Part shown: in pieces, positions 13,062-26,249 of the stretch
Layout of the letters: every line of letters starts with the position of its first letter
How positions within the stretch are numbered: the first letter of the stretch is position 1
Origin: Vicugna vicugna
Lineage: Eukaryota
Direction of reading: 5' to 3'
NCBI GenBank assembly: GCA_013265495.1
Contig: MU058384.1
Coordinates: 4,637,239 to 4,701,238 of the forward strand
DNA length: 64,000 bases
Notes under the pieces: model-generated
The model's input: only the letters and a program-made list of their open reading frames with translations
Database searches by the model: none
What the model was told of the DNA's origin: nothing
Translations under genes and position numbers: made by a program

Positions 13062-14585
13062 AGCCTGAAGACTTTATTTCCTTAAACATTTCTTGTTACA
13101 CAGGTCTACTGGTGACAAATTTTCTCAGCTCTGTGTGTGTGTGTGTGTGGTGTGAGAAAAGTCTCCATTTGCCCTAGTTTTGAAACATATTGTCCATTGT
13201 ATAAAATTCAAAGTGTTCTTTTTCTCTCAGAACTTTGAAAGTTATCTTCTAGTTGGTGTGATTTCTGACAAGAAATCTGTGATAATTCTTCTGTCACTCT
13301 ACATAATGAGTACTTTTCCCTCTAGTCTCTTTCTAAAATTTCTGTTTATAATCAAATTTGGAAATGTATTTGATCCCTTTTTGGCGAATATTTTTCTGCC
13401 TCCATACCCACTTTCATCTAGGAATCTAATTACACGTATATTATACTGCTTGATGTTGCCCCCTAAGTGACACGCTCTGTTCATTTGTCTCAGTCTTCGT
13501 TTCTCTCTCTGTGCTTCATTTTGTATAGTTTCTATGTCCAAAAGTTAGCCCATTTTTTTTTCTACACTGCTTAATCAGCTATTGACCCCATTCAACTGTA
13601 GTTTCTGTTTCAGATACTGTATTTTTTTTTTAACTTTAGAAGTCCCATCTGGATTATTTCTCTCTCATCATGTGCATCTTTTCCTCTACCTTCTTGAACA
13701 TATGGAGTATATTTATTATTACTGTTTTAACATCCTTGTATGTTAGTTCCATCTTCTTCTTAAATCCTGGGTCTATTTTCTGGAACTGTTTCTATTTTCA
13801 TTTGATTATAATCACTTTTTTTTTTTTTACTTCTTTGCACTCCTAGTTATTCTGTGTTTGACAGCACTCATTGTGAATTTTATGTTGTTCTTTGCTGGGT
13901 TTATTTTTATTATATTCCTTTAAATAACATTGGATTTTGTTCTGGCATATATTTAAGTTACTTGGAATCAAGTAAATCAAGTAAAACAATCATTTTGAAG
14001 CTTGTTTTTAAGTTTTAATGGGTGTGACAAAAGCATAAAGCCATAAAGCTTTAGCATAAAGCCAATTTATCCTCACAACTAAGGTGAAACTCTTCTGAGC
14101 AGTGCATTTTGTGTGACAAATTATTTCCACTTGAATAGTGGAAACATGAACTACTACCAGCCAGTTTGAGCTCTGGGAATTGTTCTGCCTATTCTGTTTG
14201 TGATGTGTTCCCTCTCCATCTCAGGTAGTTTCTTCCCATGCATTAAGGAGATCAATATTCAACCAAGGACTTATGGGAGGTCTCTGCAGATCTCTAGAAC
14301 TCTGTCCCTGTTCTTCTCCTTCCTCACTGGTACACTGCCCTGCAAATTCTAGCTGACATGGCCTTTGTGGATGCAAACCTCTTTCTCCTCAACCTAGGTC
14401 CCCTGGTCTCTAAATGCACCCTCCCTAAGCTAAGCAGTAAACTGATGCAATGTAGATCTCACTTTGTTTCTTTTCTTTAAGAGATCATAATATTGTGTTG
14501 TCTTTTGTCCTATGTCTAAAACCAATTGTTTTATAAGTATACAGCCTCGTTTTCTATTTGTTCAGTTGGAAAGTCCCTGTTACTA
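13062..14585 (-). mobile_element. L1 5'/ORF1-region fragment (L1MC/MD-like), antisense
   Basis: Minus ORF 13299-13541 (IETIQNEAQREKRRL...IKQYNIRVI...KIF) resembles L1 ORF1p; L1 5' region motifs downstream. Confidence 0.75.
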
Positions 14586-16479
14586 CAAAAACAAGAGACT
14601 ATGTTACACCTGGTAAACCATATCTTCAAATACCCCAGCATCTACAAAAACATAAGTAGGTGTGTTGAATTTAATTTTAATTGTTTAAGGGAATGAGGAT
14701 ATTTCATAGTATTGTTTTTCTCTTTAGTTACATGACATTTTTCCAAACTCTGAATGTCTACTTATTAGGAAAATTCTTTTTGAATCAGGGAACAACAACT
14801 AATTCAAAGAGATTGAAAATAATAAATCTTTCCCTGATTGTCTCTTCTACCCCTAGAAGAAGAAAGAGATTTCTAGGAAGTCATTTGTGTTCCGTCTTCC
14901 TCATGGAATCAATCAACTGATTCATCATGACAAAATGAAATTTAGTAACATAATATTGTTATGCCCTGTCTGGTTTCCAGTGCTCCTTTTAATATCAAAA
15001 TTGCTTCCTAAAGGCATTGCATAATTTCTGCCTCTTTTAACAAGACTGGCAATTTCACACTTGTGAATTACCCAAATTTAGACACCAGAGACTCTTAAGT
15101 GCCTACATGTTCCTAAAGAGTCATTAAACTCACCAGCATTTGTTAACAGTAACTCCCTCTTGCCAAGCCCTTCATGAGTAATTCACTCTGCTGATCCATG
15201 TCTATATTTGTTCAAAGATAAAAATTGCTTTGAGAGGTGCTCAGCCCTGTAAGTCTGTTCACCAAAATAGTGCCACAAGTGATGTAGTAGTAACCACTGT
15301 GGGATGCACTTACCCTCATGGCCTTATTGTTGCTTTTTAATATGGTTTTAAGTGTGCCACAGCACTTTATTTCCCCCACAAAAGTCCCACATACACAAGG
15401 TGGCTGCTAATGTTTGTTCCTCTCCAAATGTAATCAATAGAAAAATAAAAACAAAAGAAATCTTGCCTTTCAAAACTAAAAATTAGACGTGAACTTGTGA
15501 ACACAGAAAAATCCTGTGAATTAGAAAAAGCCCAGTATAATGGAAATCCTAAATCACAGAATTTTTAAAAAAGAAATCAAGTACTGTAACCCTAATAGGT
15601 TTGTACAAGCAACTATCATTCGAGTGTGCTTCAGTAAAGGACTGAAGTCATTAACAAACAAATTTGCCATCAATAAAATAGCTTGTTTTAAAACATGAGT
15701 TAAATACAACCACCATCACTCCCAAACTCACAAGCTTTCCTGTAATTTTGTGTAAATTATTATACTAATTGTCAAATTATTTCTTCAAATAATCTGTGCC
15801 AATGAAAACTTCAACTGCAGTGAAATATCTTAACTTATGAATTAGTGGTAATCTTACTATAAGAGTTTAAAAATCCTTGAAGATGTTGCTTTTTGAATAT
15901 ACAAGAAAGAAGTTATGTAAAAAGACAAGCTATTAATCCATCCTTCTAATTACAATAGAGAAATTATGTTGGAGTTCAACTTCCAGACTTATTCCTGATA
16001 ACTTGAATGTTCTTGAAATAATTTAAATAGCTGTGAAATACTAATTTATTTGCCAATGTTGTATAAATCAGAAGCTCTCTGTCTCATCAGCATAGGTGAA
16101 CCCAGTAGAGGGCTCAAAGGGCAAACATGTTTGCATTGTTGGGCCATTTTTATTGACCTACTGCAAAGTGCCTGGATTTTGAAATCAGACAGCCTTTGGT
16201 TTGCATTACCAATACATTTACTTCTTATGCTGGGAATTATGCATGGCATAGTTAGGGCTCAGAAAATCTATGTAAAATGAGCAAAGGAATGAACTGGGCA
16301 ATTAACACACCATCCCTTTTCATAAAATGGAAGCAATATTAAGTTACTCTTAGGGTAAATATATTAGGTTATAAATATTAGAAATAATGCCTGAAATGAT
16401 TTCAATGCAGTGCTGAAACTGTTAGTACTCAAAAAATGGCTTTTAAAAATCCACGTATCATTGAACAAACAACCAACTA

Positions 16480-16950
16480 GCACTTATTATCATCCCATAA
16501 TCCCTCTCTCTTTTCTCACCACTCTTGTTACCAAATCTCCCTCACTCTAAGTAGACAGACTTGCTTTAAACTTCAAGTAGAAAATAGGGGCCAGTAAGGA
16601 ATGCTCTCACCATCTGCATCCAAAACTACAAACACAGGTACAGGTGCACCCATCCTTTGACTCTTCCCTACAGTCTCAATAGATATGTCTCTTCTTTCTC
16701 TTGACCATTTTCCACAGTGTCCCCATTTTCTCCTATCTTCTCAAGGGCCATATTCTGCCCACCCCTCACCTCCTTCCTCTCTTATTTGTCTTCAGCACTT
16801 CTCTTTCACTCTGTGTTCTTTCAAATAAGCTCTCTCATGTGAAATAAGATAAACAACTGTTCCTTGACACCACTTTTCTCTCTGGTTGCTCTCTTCTCTC
16901 TTGTTGTCAGTATGGCTACACTTCTTGAAAGATTCACTTCTCCATGCATG
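16480..16950 (+). mobile_element. L2 body fragment
   Basis: Pyrimidine-rich degraded L2 ORF2-type sequence ending cttcttgaaagatt. Confidence 0.45.
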
Positions 16951-17492
16951 ACCTGGGAGCAATTCCTCAATGAGGTTCCCATGAGCCTCTCTTCCTGAAA
17001 GAAATCTTAGAAAAGAGAGATTTGTAGGATGAACCATAGTTTCTGTCCTTGGACTCAGAGATGCAATGTGCACTCATCTCTCCCTTCTGCATTCAAGACT
17101 CCACTCATCTTCAGCAGTAACCTCAGAAAGTCTTGAGGCTGACCTGGTAATTTGACCCAAGTCTTCATTCTTGAGGGACCTAAGCTCTTTGTAATTATAG
17201 CCTTCCTCAGGTTAGGGTTGCTGAAATGTGTCCTTTCAGGGTTACAGTTGGGTAATGGACCCCAGAGGATCTCCTGGTTCTGTATGTGTCCCTCCTTGCA
17301 GCTACTGTGGAAGAGCAGCCCAACTTTCTCCTGCTGATTGCCCCTGCAAAGATGGTGACTCCTTTTCTCACTGTCTGCTCCCTAGACACAGGGAATCCAA
17401 AATATTCTGACAGTAGCCATAGCTTATAACTCAGTGGGAACTTTACTTGTTGTTCCCCAGCAAGAGTGTATTCTCTTTGGGGACACAGACTT

Positions 17493-17943
17493 TGTAGCGA
17501 TTAATTTTAAATGTCAACTTGACTGGGCTATGCGTGTGTCTGTGTTAGTGTCTCTGGATGAGATCAACATTTGAATTGGAAGACTGAGTAAATCAGATTG
17601 CCCTTCTCAATATGGGTGGGCCTCATGCAACCCATTAAAGGCCTGAATAGAATAAAACGGAAGAGTATAGGAGAATTTGCTCTCTCTGTCTGTCTTCAAG
17701 CTGGGACATCATTCTTCTCCCATCTTCAGGCTTGGATGCAGATTGGAGCTTACACCATCAGATCTCCTGGTTTTCATGTCTTCAGACTTAGACTAAAATG
17801 ATACTATTCCCCTCCAGGGTTTCCAGCTTGCCAACTGCAGGTCATGGGACTTCTCAGCCTCCATAATCATGTAAGCCAATTCCTTATAATCTCTTTCAAG
17901 GTATATGTGTGTGTGTGTGTGTGTGTAGAACCAGACTAATACA
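17493..17943 (+). mobile_element. MLT2 (ERVL) solo LTR
   Basis: Starts tgtagcgattaattttaaatgtcaacttgactggg, ends agactaataca; 5-bp TSD gactt/gattt. Confidence 0.9.
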
Positions 17944-17980
17944 GATTTACAATCCTGTAGAGTCCAAAGTTGGAGAATGG

Positions 17981-18700
17981 TGGTGGGAATGTAGTTTGTT
18001 GCAGCCATTATGGAAAACAGTATGGAGATTCCTTAAAAATAGACTTACCATATGATCCAGCAATCCCACTCCTGGGCATATATCTGGAGGGAACTCTAAT
18101 CTGAAAAGATACATGCATCTCAATGTTCATAGCAGCACTATATATACAATAGCCAAGCCATGGAAACAACCTAAATGTCCATTGACAGATAATTAGATAA
18201 AAAAGTTGTGGTATATTTATACAATGGAATACTATTTGGCTATAAAAAAGAATAAAATAATGCCATCTGTAGCAACATGGTTGGACCTAGAGGTCGTCAT
18301 TCTAAGTGAAGTAAGCCAGAAAAAGAGAAAAATACCATATGATATCACTCATATGTGCAATCTAAAGAAAGAAAAAAGAGGACACTAATGAACTCATCTA
18401 CAAAACAGAAACAGACTCACAGACATACTAAACAATCTTATGGCTACTGGGGGAAAGGGGGTGGGAAGGGATAAATTTAGTAGTTTTGAGATTTGCAAAT
18501 GTTAAACACTATATACAAAAATAGATAAAAACAAACTTCTTTTGTATAGCACAGGGAACTATATTCAATGTCTTGTAGTGGCCTTTAATGACAAAGTATT
18601 TGAGAATGAATGTATGTATGTATGTATATGCATGACTGGCACATTGTGCTGTACACCAGAAATTGACACATTGTAACTGACTATACTTCAATTAAAAAAA
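17981..18700 (+). mobile_element. 5'-truncated young L1 (ORF2 end, 3'UTR, polyA)
   Basis: ccatatgatccagcaatcccactcctgggcatata; ends ctatacttcaattaaaaaaa; 15-bp TSD aaagttggagaatgg / aaagttgcagactgg. Confidence 0.9.
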
Positions 18701-20537
18701 AAAGTTGCAGACTGGAAAGCACAAAGGCCCCAGTGGATCACTAGGAGCAGGGCTATACCTGATTCCATCTTTGGTACCCAGAACCATGTATTCTTCCTAT
18801 TGGGGTCACAATGCCATATGGAAATCTCTGAATTAATGCATATACTACATCCTGAAGGACAGCACTCTCATAGAGTATTACTTCCAAACTGGCATTACCA
18901 CTGTAATTTTGGAAGGCCATTCTGACCTCTGTGCTTCTAGGAAGCAATATAATAAGCATATCCCATGGTCTTAGCCTCATCCTCATAACACCATCACTAT
19001 GAATTGGGTCCCCCTGTCTGATGCTGTGCTGTATAGGATGCCATGCCCATAGATCCAGTGTTCCATAAGCCCATGGAAAGCAGTGCTGGCTGAGTCTTTG
19101 TGGACAGGAACGACAAATCCACAGGCATCATAGGTATCTATCCTAGAGTGGACAAAACGCTGGCCCTTCTAGGAGGTAAGAGCCCCTGTATGGTTGACTT
19201 GCCACCAAGTGGTTATTTGGTCTCCTAGAGAAATAATGCCATATCAAAGACTTGGCACCAGTCTTGACTGCTAACAAATTTGACATTCAGAGGCAGCAGT
19301 AAGTAGCTCAGCCCTCTGTGAGGCCCATCTCTGCCACCATGGCCACTATGTTCACATTCCCATCCTGTCAGATCCAGGGTAACTAATCATAAAGACTGGA
19401 TAATGTGAAATGGCCAAATCGTTTTTGTCTACTTGGTGGTTTAATGCCTCTTCCATAGTGTGTGCTTTCTAGCAGGCATTAACACCTGAAAAATATCTTC
19501 ACTCTTTGTCCACTTCCCCTAGCTTTTATATTCTTTCCTCTTCTGTCTGCCACTTCCACTTCACTCAGATGATTGCTTTCTTCTGGTTTCTAAGATACAC
19601 CAGAGCAGAAAGTTTGTTCCACTGCCTGCAGTCCTTGCCAGAGTGTTAAATTCTATCTCCCAAGAAAGTACCCCCAAATCAATAAAATTTTGTTTTTATA
19701 GTCTAACTTCTGGGCCCCTTGATCAAGCCCCATCCAAACCCCATCACAAGTGCACTTCCCTGGATCCTGCCACTACATGCTAACTAAATCTGCCCACTCC
19801 TTTGATGTGGTATTTCTTCTCCCTCTTATCGGGCCCATCACATTTCCAGTGGGGGTGTATTAGGATTTAACCTTAGTTACCAGGTTGACAACCAGGAGAC
19901 AGGGTGGGAGAATTCCTGAAAGGGACACTCATTGCCTTGTTGAGGGGAGGCCTTTGGCAGCACCTTCCAACAAGGGGAAGCAATAGTCCTTGCCAGGGAG
20001 AAAGGGGCCACCTGAATACGTTCTGAGGCTTCAGGAGATCTGTAGAGTCAAAAACCCCTTGGTAAATGGGGAATAATTATTCCTGGGTCTCTATCCCATG
20101 TGTCAGGGTCTTAGGACCCGCTTTGGCTTGGCATTTTGTTAGCGATGTTTGTCTCCGAGGCTCTGTGGTTTTAACTACAAAATCCTACATCTACTCCTCA
20201 GCTGGGTTATGTCCCTCCACTATAGAAGACAAGGGCTTATTTGTAACCTATTAAGAAGTCCCTCTGGAGCTCACAGTTTATCTTTTAACTATCTGTTAAT
20301 CACATCTTAGTTTCCTATTATCCCGTGTAGGACATCAACACAACTTTGCAGTAATCAGCCCTCTAGCTGTCTGGTTTTCCAAATCACAATGAAATCTTAA
20401 GTAACTGGGTCTCCAACTGTACCAGCGTTCACATTCCTCTCAGGATGAGATCCTCCTCATTACCTCGGCAAAGAGCAAGGCAGTCCCCACATCCCATCTT
20501 AGTGCCTGTTTTTTCAGAACCTCACCCTCAGCACCCC

Positions 20538-20735
20538 TGTGCCAGTTTATGTCCTCTAGGAAGCAGGTATCAAGATGATATTAGACACGCAAGATATTTA
20601 TTAGAGTGAAATGTCTGAGATGCATAAAGGGGGATGGAGCCGAATTAGGCAGGGAGAGACTTGAGACTGGGATGCAGATCTGACACCTGTGAAAGGAGAA
20701 AGATGAAAGTGGTGCACGTCTGTGGCCACCACACT
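20538..20735 (-). mobile_element. LTR16-like ERVL LTR (partial 5' LTR of the provirus above)
   Basis: ggaagcagg...caagatatttatt...aggcagggagag...gatgcagatctgacacctgtgaaaggaga. Confidence 0.6.
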
Positions 20736-20749
20736 TGGTTCATTTTAAC

Positions 20750-21330
20750 ATACTGAGTCAGGAAAAGAGATCACCCAGTCCTGTTGGGGAGCTTGAGAAT
20801 AAATTAATGATGAGTATCTAGGAAACTAACCTTGACAAGTCAATTCATAGGGAAAATAAAAAGTTGTACAAGAAAGAGATATGATTATAACTCACTATGG
20901 TTCAGTGCTGAATTATATTTGAATAATCATAATAAGCATAAATTTAACCATGACAAATTTACCAAAGTGATTTAATCAAAAACTACATTGGAATGATGGG
21001 AAAAGGAGAGTGTGAACAGAGGAGTAGGGGGTGGAAGAGACCAAAATTCATATCTTCTATAGTAGAAGGTCACTAGATAATTTCCAAGAATGAAGAATTA
21101 ACAATGTAAGCAGTTTATTTTTAAAATATTAAAGTAACTAATAGATTCATTATTAAATATTAAACTAAAATGATTGAAAGTGGTGTCTCTAGGAAGCAGG
21201 AATCTGTTGTAGAAAGAGGTTTAGCAGAGGACTGCTGTTTTTCTTTTTAAGCCTCTGATATTATATGACTTTAAACTCTTATCAATATTTAACTTAGATT
21301 AAAATATTAAAATTAAATTTAAAGAGACAA
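20750..21330 (+). mobile_element. Old L1 (L1MC/ME-like) 3'UTR fragment
   Basis: A-rich, ends aaagtggtgtctctaggaagcagg...gactgctgtttttc...tatgactttaaac. Confidence 0.55.
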
Positions 21331-21594
21331 ATAAAGACTGTCTAATACTTAGTTGTAAATTCTAATGAATGATCTATGCAATTCCCAGATATTCTGCTTT
21401 TGAAAAGTACATTCATACTTATGTTGTGTACTGAGCTCATATTCATTTAAGGAACGTGCTTTTACTGTCATTTCCTATTTCACTGGAAGTGTTTTAGCGT
21501 GCAGAATTCAAAATATCATCTACCTTGTCGTTAAGCAGTTTTAAAAGAAAAGCTTTCAGGCCAGGCAGTGGGGGATTTCATGGGGTTTTTAGCT

Positions 21595-21720
21595 CGTCTT
21601 CTGATAATACACACTTGGCTTAAGATCCTCATGTGTCAGCTGTTATCAGCGGCCTGTGTGCGTCACTGAGTTCACTTTGTGGTATTATCTGTAGCCAAAG
21701 GAAACACAGAGGAAATCATC
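21595..21720. promoter_or_regulatory. Candidate haematopoietic-type enhancer (GATA x3, E-box, RUNX, ETS x2)
   Basis: CTGATAA 21601, CAGCTG 21637, TTATCA 21643, TGCGTCA 21659, TGTGGT 21678, TTATCT 21685, AGGAAA 21699 and 21710, in apparently non-repeat DNA. Confidence 0.45.
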
Positions 21721-23599
21721 ACAGCAGCTCCACACATTTTAATCAGCTAAAAGAAAAATCCGCTCCCCCACTGGTATTGTCACACTTACTTTCAACAGCA
21801 AGCCTGTTATATTATAGCAATTAAAAAATGCAAAACAAAAAAAATATGGATTCTGATAGCTGCTAATTCAACCTTAAAAACAGTAATTGTATAAAGTCAA
21901 TAATTCTAGGAAACCCTCTAGTGTCCAAATTTGTATGGGCCTTTTCCACAATTAGTGTCAATTAGACTTGTGCTCAGGGCCATTTCTACAATCTTTCCCT
22001 CTTTCTCTCACACATGATTCAGGGAAAGCTTTGTCTTCCGGTAGGTAAAATCCTTCGTCCCCAAAAGTAGATCTGGTGAAAATCTGAAAACAAATGGTAA
22101 GCAATACCACATCATCATCCATCATATGTATCATGCACAAGTTGCTCCACAACACGAGGTGGTAGAATTGCTTGATTTATCTTCTAGATCCGATTAGTCC
22201 TGGATCTGAGCCCCCAGCCACCTAGCTAGGAAAACAGCTGATCAAAATCAGGCATTGATATTTACTCCCATTCTTTTCAAGGGCGCCAGGGTTGACCAGG
22301 TCGAGAGGAAGCGGGGAGGACCCAGGTTCTAATCCCACTGTGGTTGCCCCCTTACAGTTCCCCTTTCAAGCACATATTTCTGCCACGGCACATTCATCCT
22401 TTCCCATCACCGAGGACTGCTGCAACCTACAGAGATTACAAAGATGTATCTTCCCTGTCTCCTCAATGGGCATCATCTCAACCACAGAAACTCTGATGGC
22501 TGCTCACAAGCTGTAGCTTCTAAGATTTCACCTTCACAAACGCCCTCATGACAATCTTTCATGGGAGCAGTCTGCCTCCTACTTTTTCCCTTTCCTTTTT
22601 TCTGTAAGTCAGTCTGCTCCATTAGGGCAGGGAAGAGGTGGGGCATGGGGGAAATGGCTCCATTAAATTATTAATGCCTTGTCCTGCCACACATATTAAA
22701 ATGTTTTCAGTTACTTTCCAATTTTCCTTAAGGTAATGAAGAGTGAGTGTAAAATGCTTATTTTCATTCCTGAAATAATTACAGTAATCCTCTGCCAACC
22801 CTGCTCTTGAAAATTTCTGGGGCTGGCAAAACGGTTGGCAATATTTTTTCACAGAAAATAAAGGTTGAGCAAGGAAAAAGTTTAAATAGCTAAATATACA
22901 TAATATTTTAAAACAGAGTAAGTAAAAATATGGAAGATATATTGTCCAAAACAAATCATATTTGTTGTTAAAAATCTGTTCTGGGAGGAAATCTTCCATG
23001 AGCTCCTCCTTCAATGTTCTAGAACCACTGCTGCTGTCCTGTGATCTGTCAGGCAGATGTGCTCATAAATAAGTCTGAATATCCAGTTTAAAAAACTGAG
23101 ACTCATCACCTACCAGCTTGAAATTTAATATCTTATATTTGCATTCTTCCTATATAAAAACCCCCAAAGCCCTGCCCTACACAGGCCTCATGAAAAGCAA
23201 CTGAAAGAAGAAATTAAAAAAAAAAAGAGGAAGAAAAGAACTATATCTATATATAGCACTCCACAACATTTGAGGTGCTAGAACTATAAAACTGTCAAAT
23301 TTCTTTATTTTTCTACATCAACTAAAACCTGACTGTGAACCCCCATGTAACAAGAATGGCAATAATTTCTATATTAGTTATTATTGGTGCTCCCCTAGTT
23401 CCTTTTACAAAATGCATATGCCTTTTTATAAATTATCAAGAAGATTAAGCAGTATTATTTCCCCAAACTAGTCTGCTATACATTTGTTAAAAGGATAAAA
23501 TATAATAAATTTTTTCCCTCTGTGTGATGCCTATAGACCAATATCCAGGTCTGAAAAATAAAAAAGAAATTCGAGGATTTAGTATTCTTTTGCTGCATG

Positions 23600-23750
23600 A
23601 GGATCATTGAAGCAACTGTCAAAATACAAATTTTTGGCTACCATCCCTGGAAATTATGACTTCATAGGTCTGGGGCAAGGCCCAGAAAGTTGTATTTTGT
23701 GTATTTAAAAAGTTTAATAAGTGATTTTGATAGCCAGATTTGGAAACATG
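23600..23750. mobile_element. MER5-family hAT relic
   Basis: aaaatacaaatttttgg...taggtctggggcaaggcccagaaag...gtgattttgatagccagatttggaaac. Confidence 0.6.
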
Positions 23751-23904
23751 TATAAAGGACTGAGCTATGTGAAAGATTTCAGATTTTTCAAATTTGTTAT
23801 AAAAATTTAAATCACTGTAAATGGACTGTAGAGTTCCAAAAATTGTGGTTGGCAAGAGATTACTATACTTTTATGAGATACAGTTTCATATGTATGGCCC
23901 TCAG

Positions 23905-24665
23905 CTTTTTGTTATTGTGGCAAAATATACCTAACATAGAATTTAGCATTTTAACCACTTTTAAGTATGTATGTTCAGTGACATTAAGTACATTCACCTA
24001 GTTATGTAGCCGTCACAACCATCTATCTCCAGAACTTTTCATTTTCCCCAACTAAAACTCCATTAAACCCTAACTCCCTGCCTCCAACCCCTGGCAACAA
24101 CCATTCTTTCTGTCTCTATAAGTTTCACTACTCTAGATACCTCATATAAGTGGAATCGTAACAGTATTTATCCTTTCGTGACTGACCTATTTAACTCAGC
24201 ACAGTGTCCTCAAGGTTTATCCACGTTGTAGCATGTGTCAGAATTACTTTCCTTTTTTTAAGATCTTATTTATTTATTTACTCATGGACTTACTTATTGG
24301 TAGTTGAGAGTTCTCTGCCTGGGGGTGGGGATGGCATGTCCTTAGAAACAATTTTTTAAAGTACATAGATTTTTTTTTTTCCAATACAAAAATTTCTAGT
24401 ACGAACACAGGAAATGTTTGCTAACTAAATATTGTGTACCGTGCACCTATTTTAACTCCTGTATTGTACCAATTTTGCCATATAGTTATATCTTTATAGG
24501 TAAGGCTTTAGAATTTCCTTCCTTTTTGAGGCTGGATAATATTCCATTGTATGTATATATCACATTTTGTTTATCCACTATTGTGAATTATGCTGTTATG
24601 AATGTGAGTACACAAATACCTACTCAAATCCTTTTTTGAATACACACCCAGAAATGAAATTGCTA
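23905..24665 (-). mobile_element. L1MB-like 3' end, antisense, interrupted by a retroposed insert
   Basis: ttcagtgacattaagtacattcac, ctagatacctcatataagtggaatc, aggctggataatattccattgtatgtatata. Confidence 0.85.
24258..24509 (-). other. L1-mediated retroposed insert of non-repeat sequence (5'-truncated mRNA 3' end or orphan transduction)
   Basis: Flanked by 18-bp TSD (24240-24257 vs 24510-24527, 16/18 identical); minus strand ends AATAAATAAATAAGATCTT followed by an A-run. Confidence 0.7.
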
Positions 24666-26249
24666 TAATTCTTCTAATACTATTAATAAGATAGAGGAAT
24701 GTTTGCATCTATTTATCCTAAAATTCTTAGTACATAATTCAATTCTGATTTTCTAAAGTGACAAATGTAGGCTTTTATGACATTTGTAGATCAAAGCGAC
24801 AGTGTATACAAAAAACTGAACACACTCATGAGTTTTCTCTCCACTTGCTCCTTTTCAGGTCTGCACATCTAAGTTTGCTTTTATTTTTCTGTCTTCTGCA
24901 TAATCTCCTATGACAATTCATCACTCCTATGACTTCAGTTATTTTCTCTAGCTTATGGTTTCCAGATTCACCATCAAGCCCTAGACTGTCTCCCCCAGTT
25001 TTGACTGGCTGATCAGCCATGGATTTGTGAATGAATAAGCTATCTCCTAGCCATTCCTTCTCTTTCCTGGATCTTTGACCTCTCTGGGTCTACCAGCTTC
25101 CCCATAGTTTGCACAGCTACTTAAAAAACAGAAGTTCCTTCTTTCCTTAAAAACAAAAATACTCAAGTCATGTCCAGTTTAGTGGGTCACCACACCTATT
25201 TCAAACTCTAGACATAGGTGTGTGCATGCATGCGCACACACACACACACACACAGACTTGGCCTTTGCTGTAATTAATGCACAGGATAAAGTGTTCACCT
25301 TACACTTTGCCCTAGTTAGTAGATCCAGTAACCAGAGTAGTAATTCTAGTTCTCAACCAAGACAGAAGATTAAAGTTCTTTCAATAAAGATTAAAAATAA
25401 AAAACAGGGCCATATCGGTCCCCTCACTCCTGTATTGCTCAGATAACAAATGTAATTCCAAACCCCATGACTTCCCATGCCAATGCACACACACACATGC
25501 ATATGCACACACGTACACACTGTCAAGGTGGAAGGTTATCACCTTAAGCCTGAAATACAGTAAGTCTCTGCCAGGTTCCTTTGTCCTGCCTGCTACCAGC
25601 TGCAGAAGCAATTAAATTACTTGCTCTCATCGACCAATAGCCAAAGGGCCAAAGGCTGTTTGAAGTCTCAGGTCTTCCAAGTACCAGAAATTATAAAACA
25701 CGTTTCAAAAAAATCAACTAGCATCTCCAAAGTCAGAATTTCCATTCACAAGCTGCCTCCTTATCAGCCAGTACTTGGGAAGCCTCTGCAGAACTTCCCA
25801 TGGCCACAGAGCTGTGACAGTGGGGGTGTGATCTAGGGTCCAGGGTAAACTTCAGATGAGATCCCATGTTCAGCTAACACACACAAAGCAGCATCTGGGG
25901 GGATGAGAGTTAAAAAATCCTTTATTAGAGTGGCACATGGCAAAGATTGTTTCTTTATTTCCAATAAATTCATAAGAGAACAGGATAATAGGACAAATTT
26001 TAAAGCCCAAATCTCAAAACCCTGAGATTTTGAATGGAAACCCTTCCATATTCCATCCATACCCAGCTGAACACCTCCTTTCTCACCTTTGCCTTACCTT
26101 TACTAATAAACTCCACCAAAAACACATTGAGTCTCCTGCTCCATCCTCTCTAACTACAACTGTATTTCCACAGCAGCACTGGACCTATTCTGCCAAGAGT
26201 TTAAAACAAAACTCAGAGAGGTACTGTTAAGTCTATTAAATTAGTTTCT

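Larger units (their letters stand above)
17040..20537 (-). mobile_element. Degraded ERVL-class proviral internal region (ERV3-16A3/HERV16-like), interrupted by MLT2 and L1
   Basis: Minus-strand start ...aaaacaggcactaagatgggatg next to an LTR16-like LTR; integrase/RNaseH-like decayed sequence 18705-19500; no intact ORF. Confidence 0.65.
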
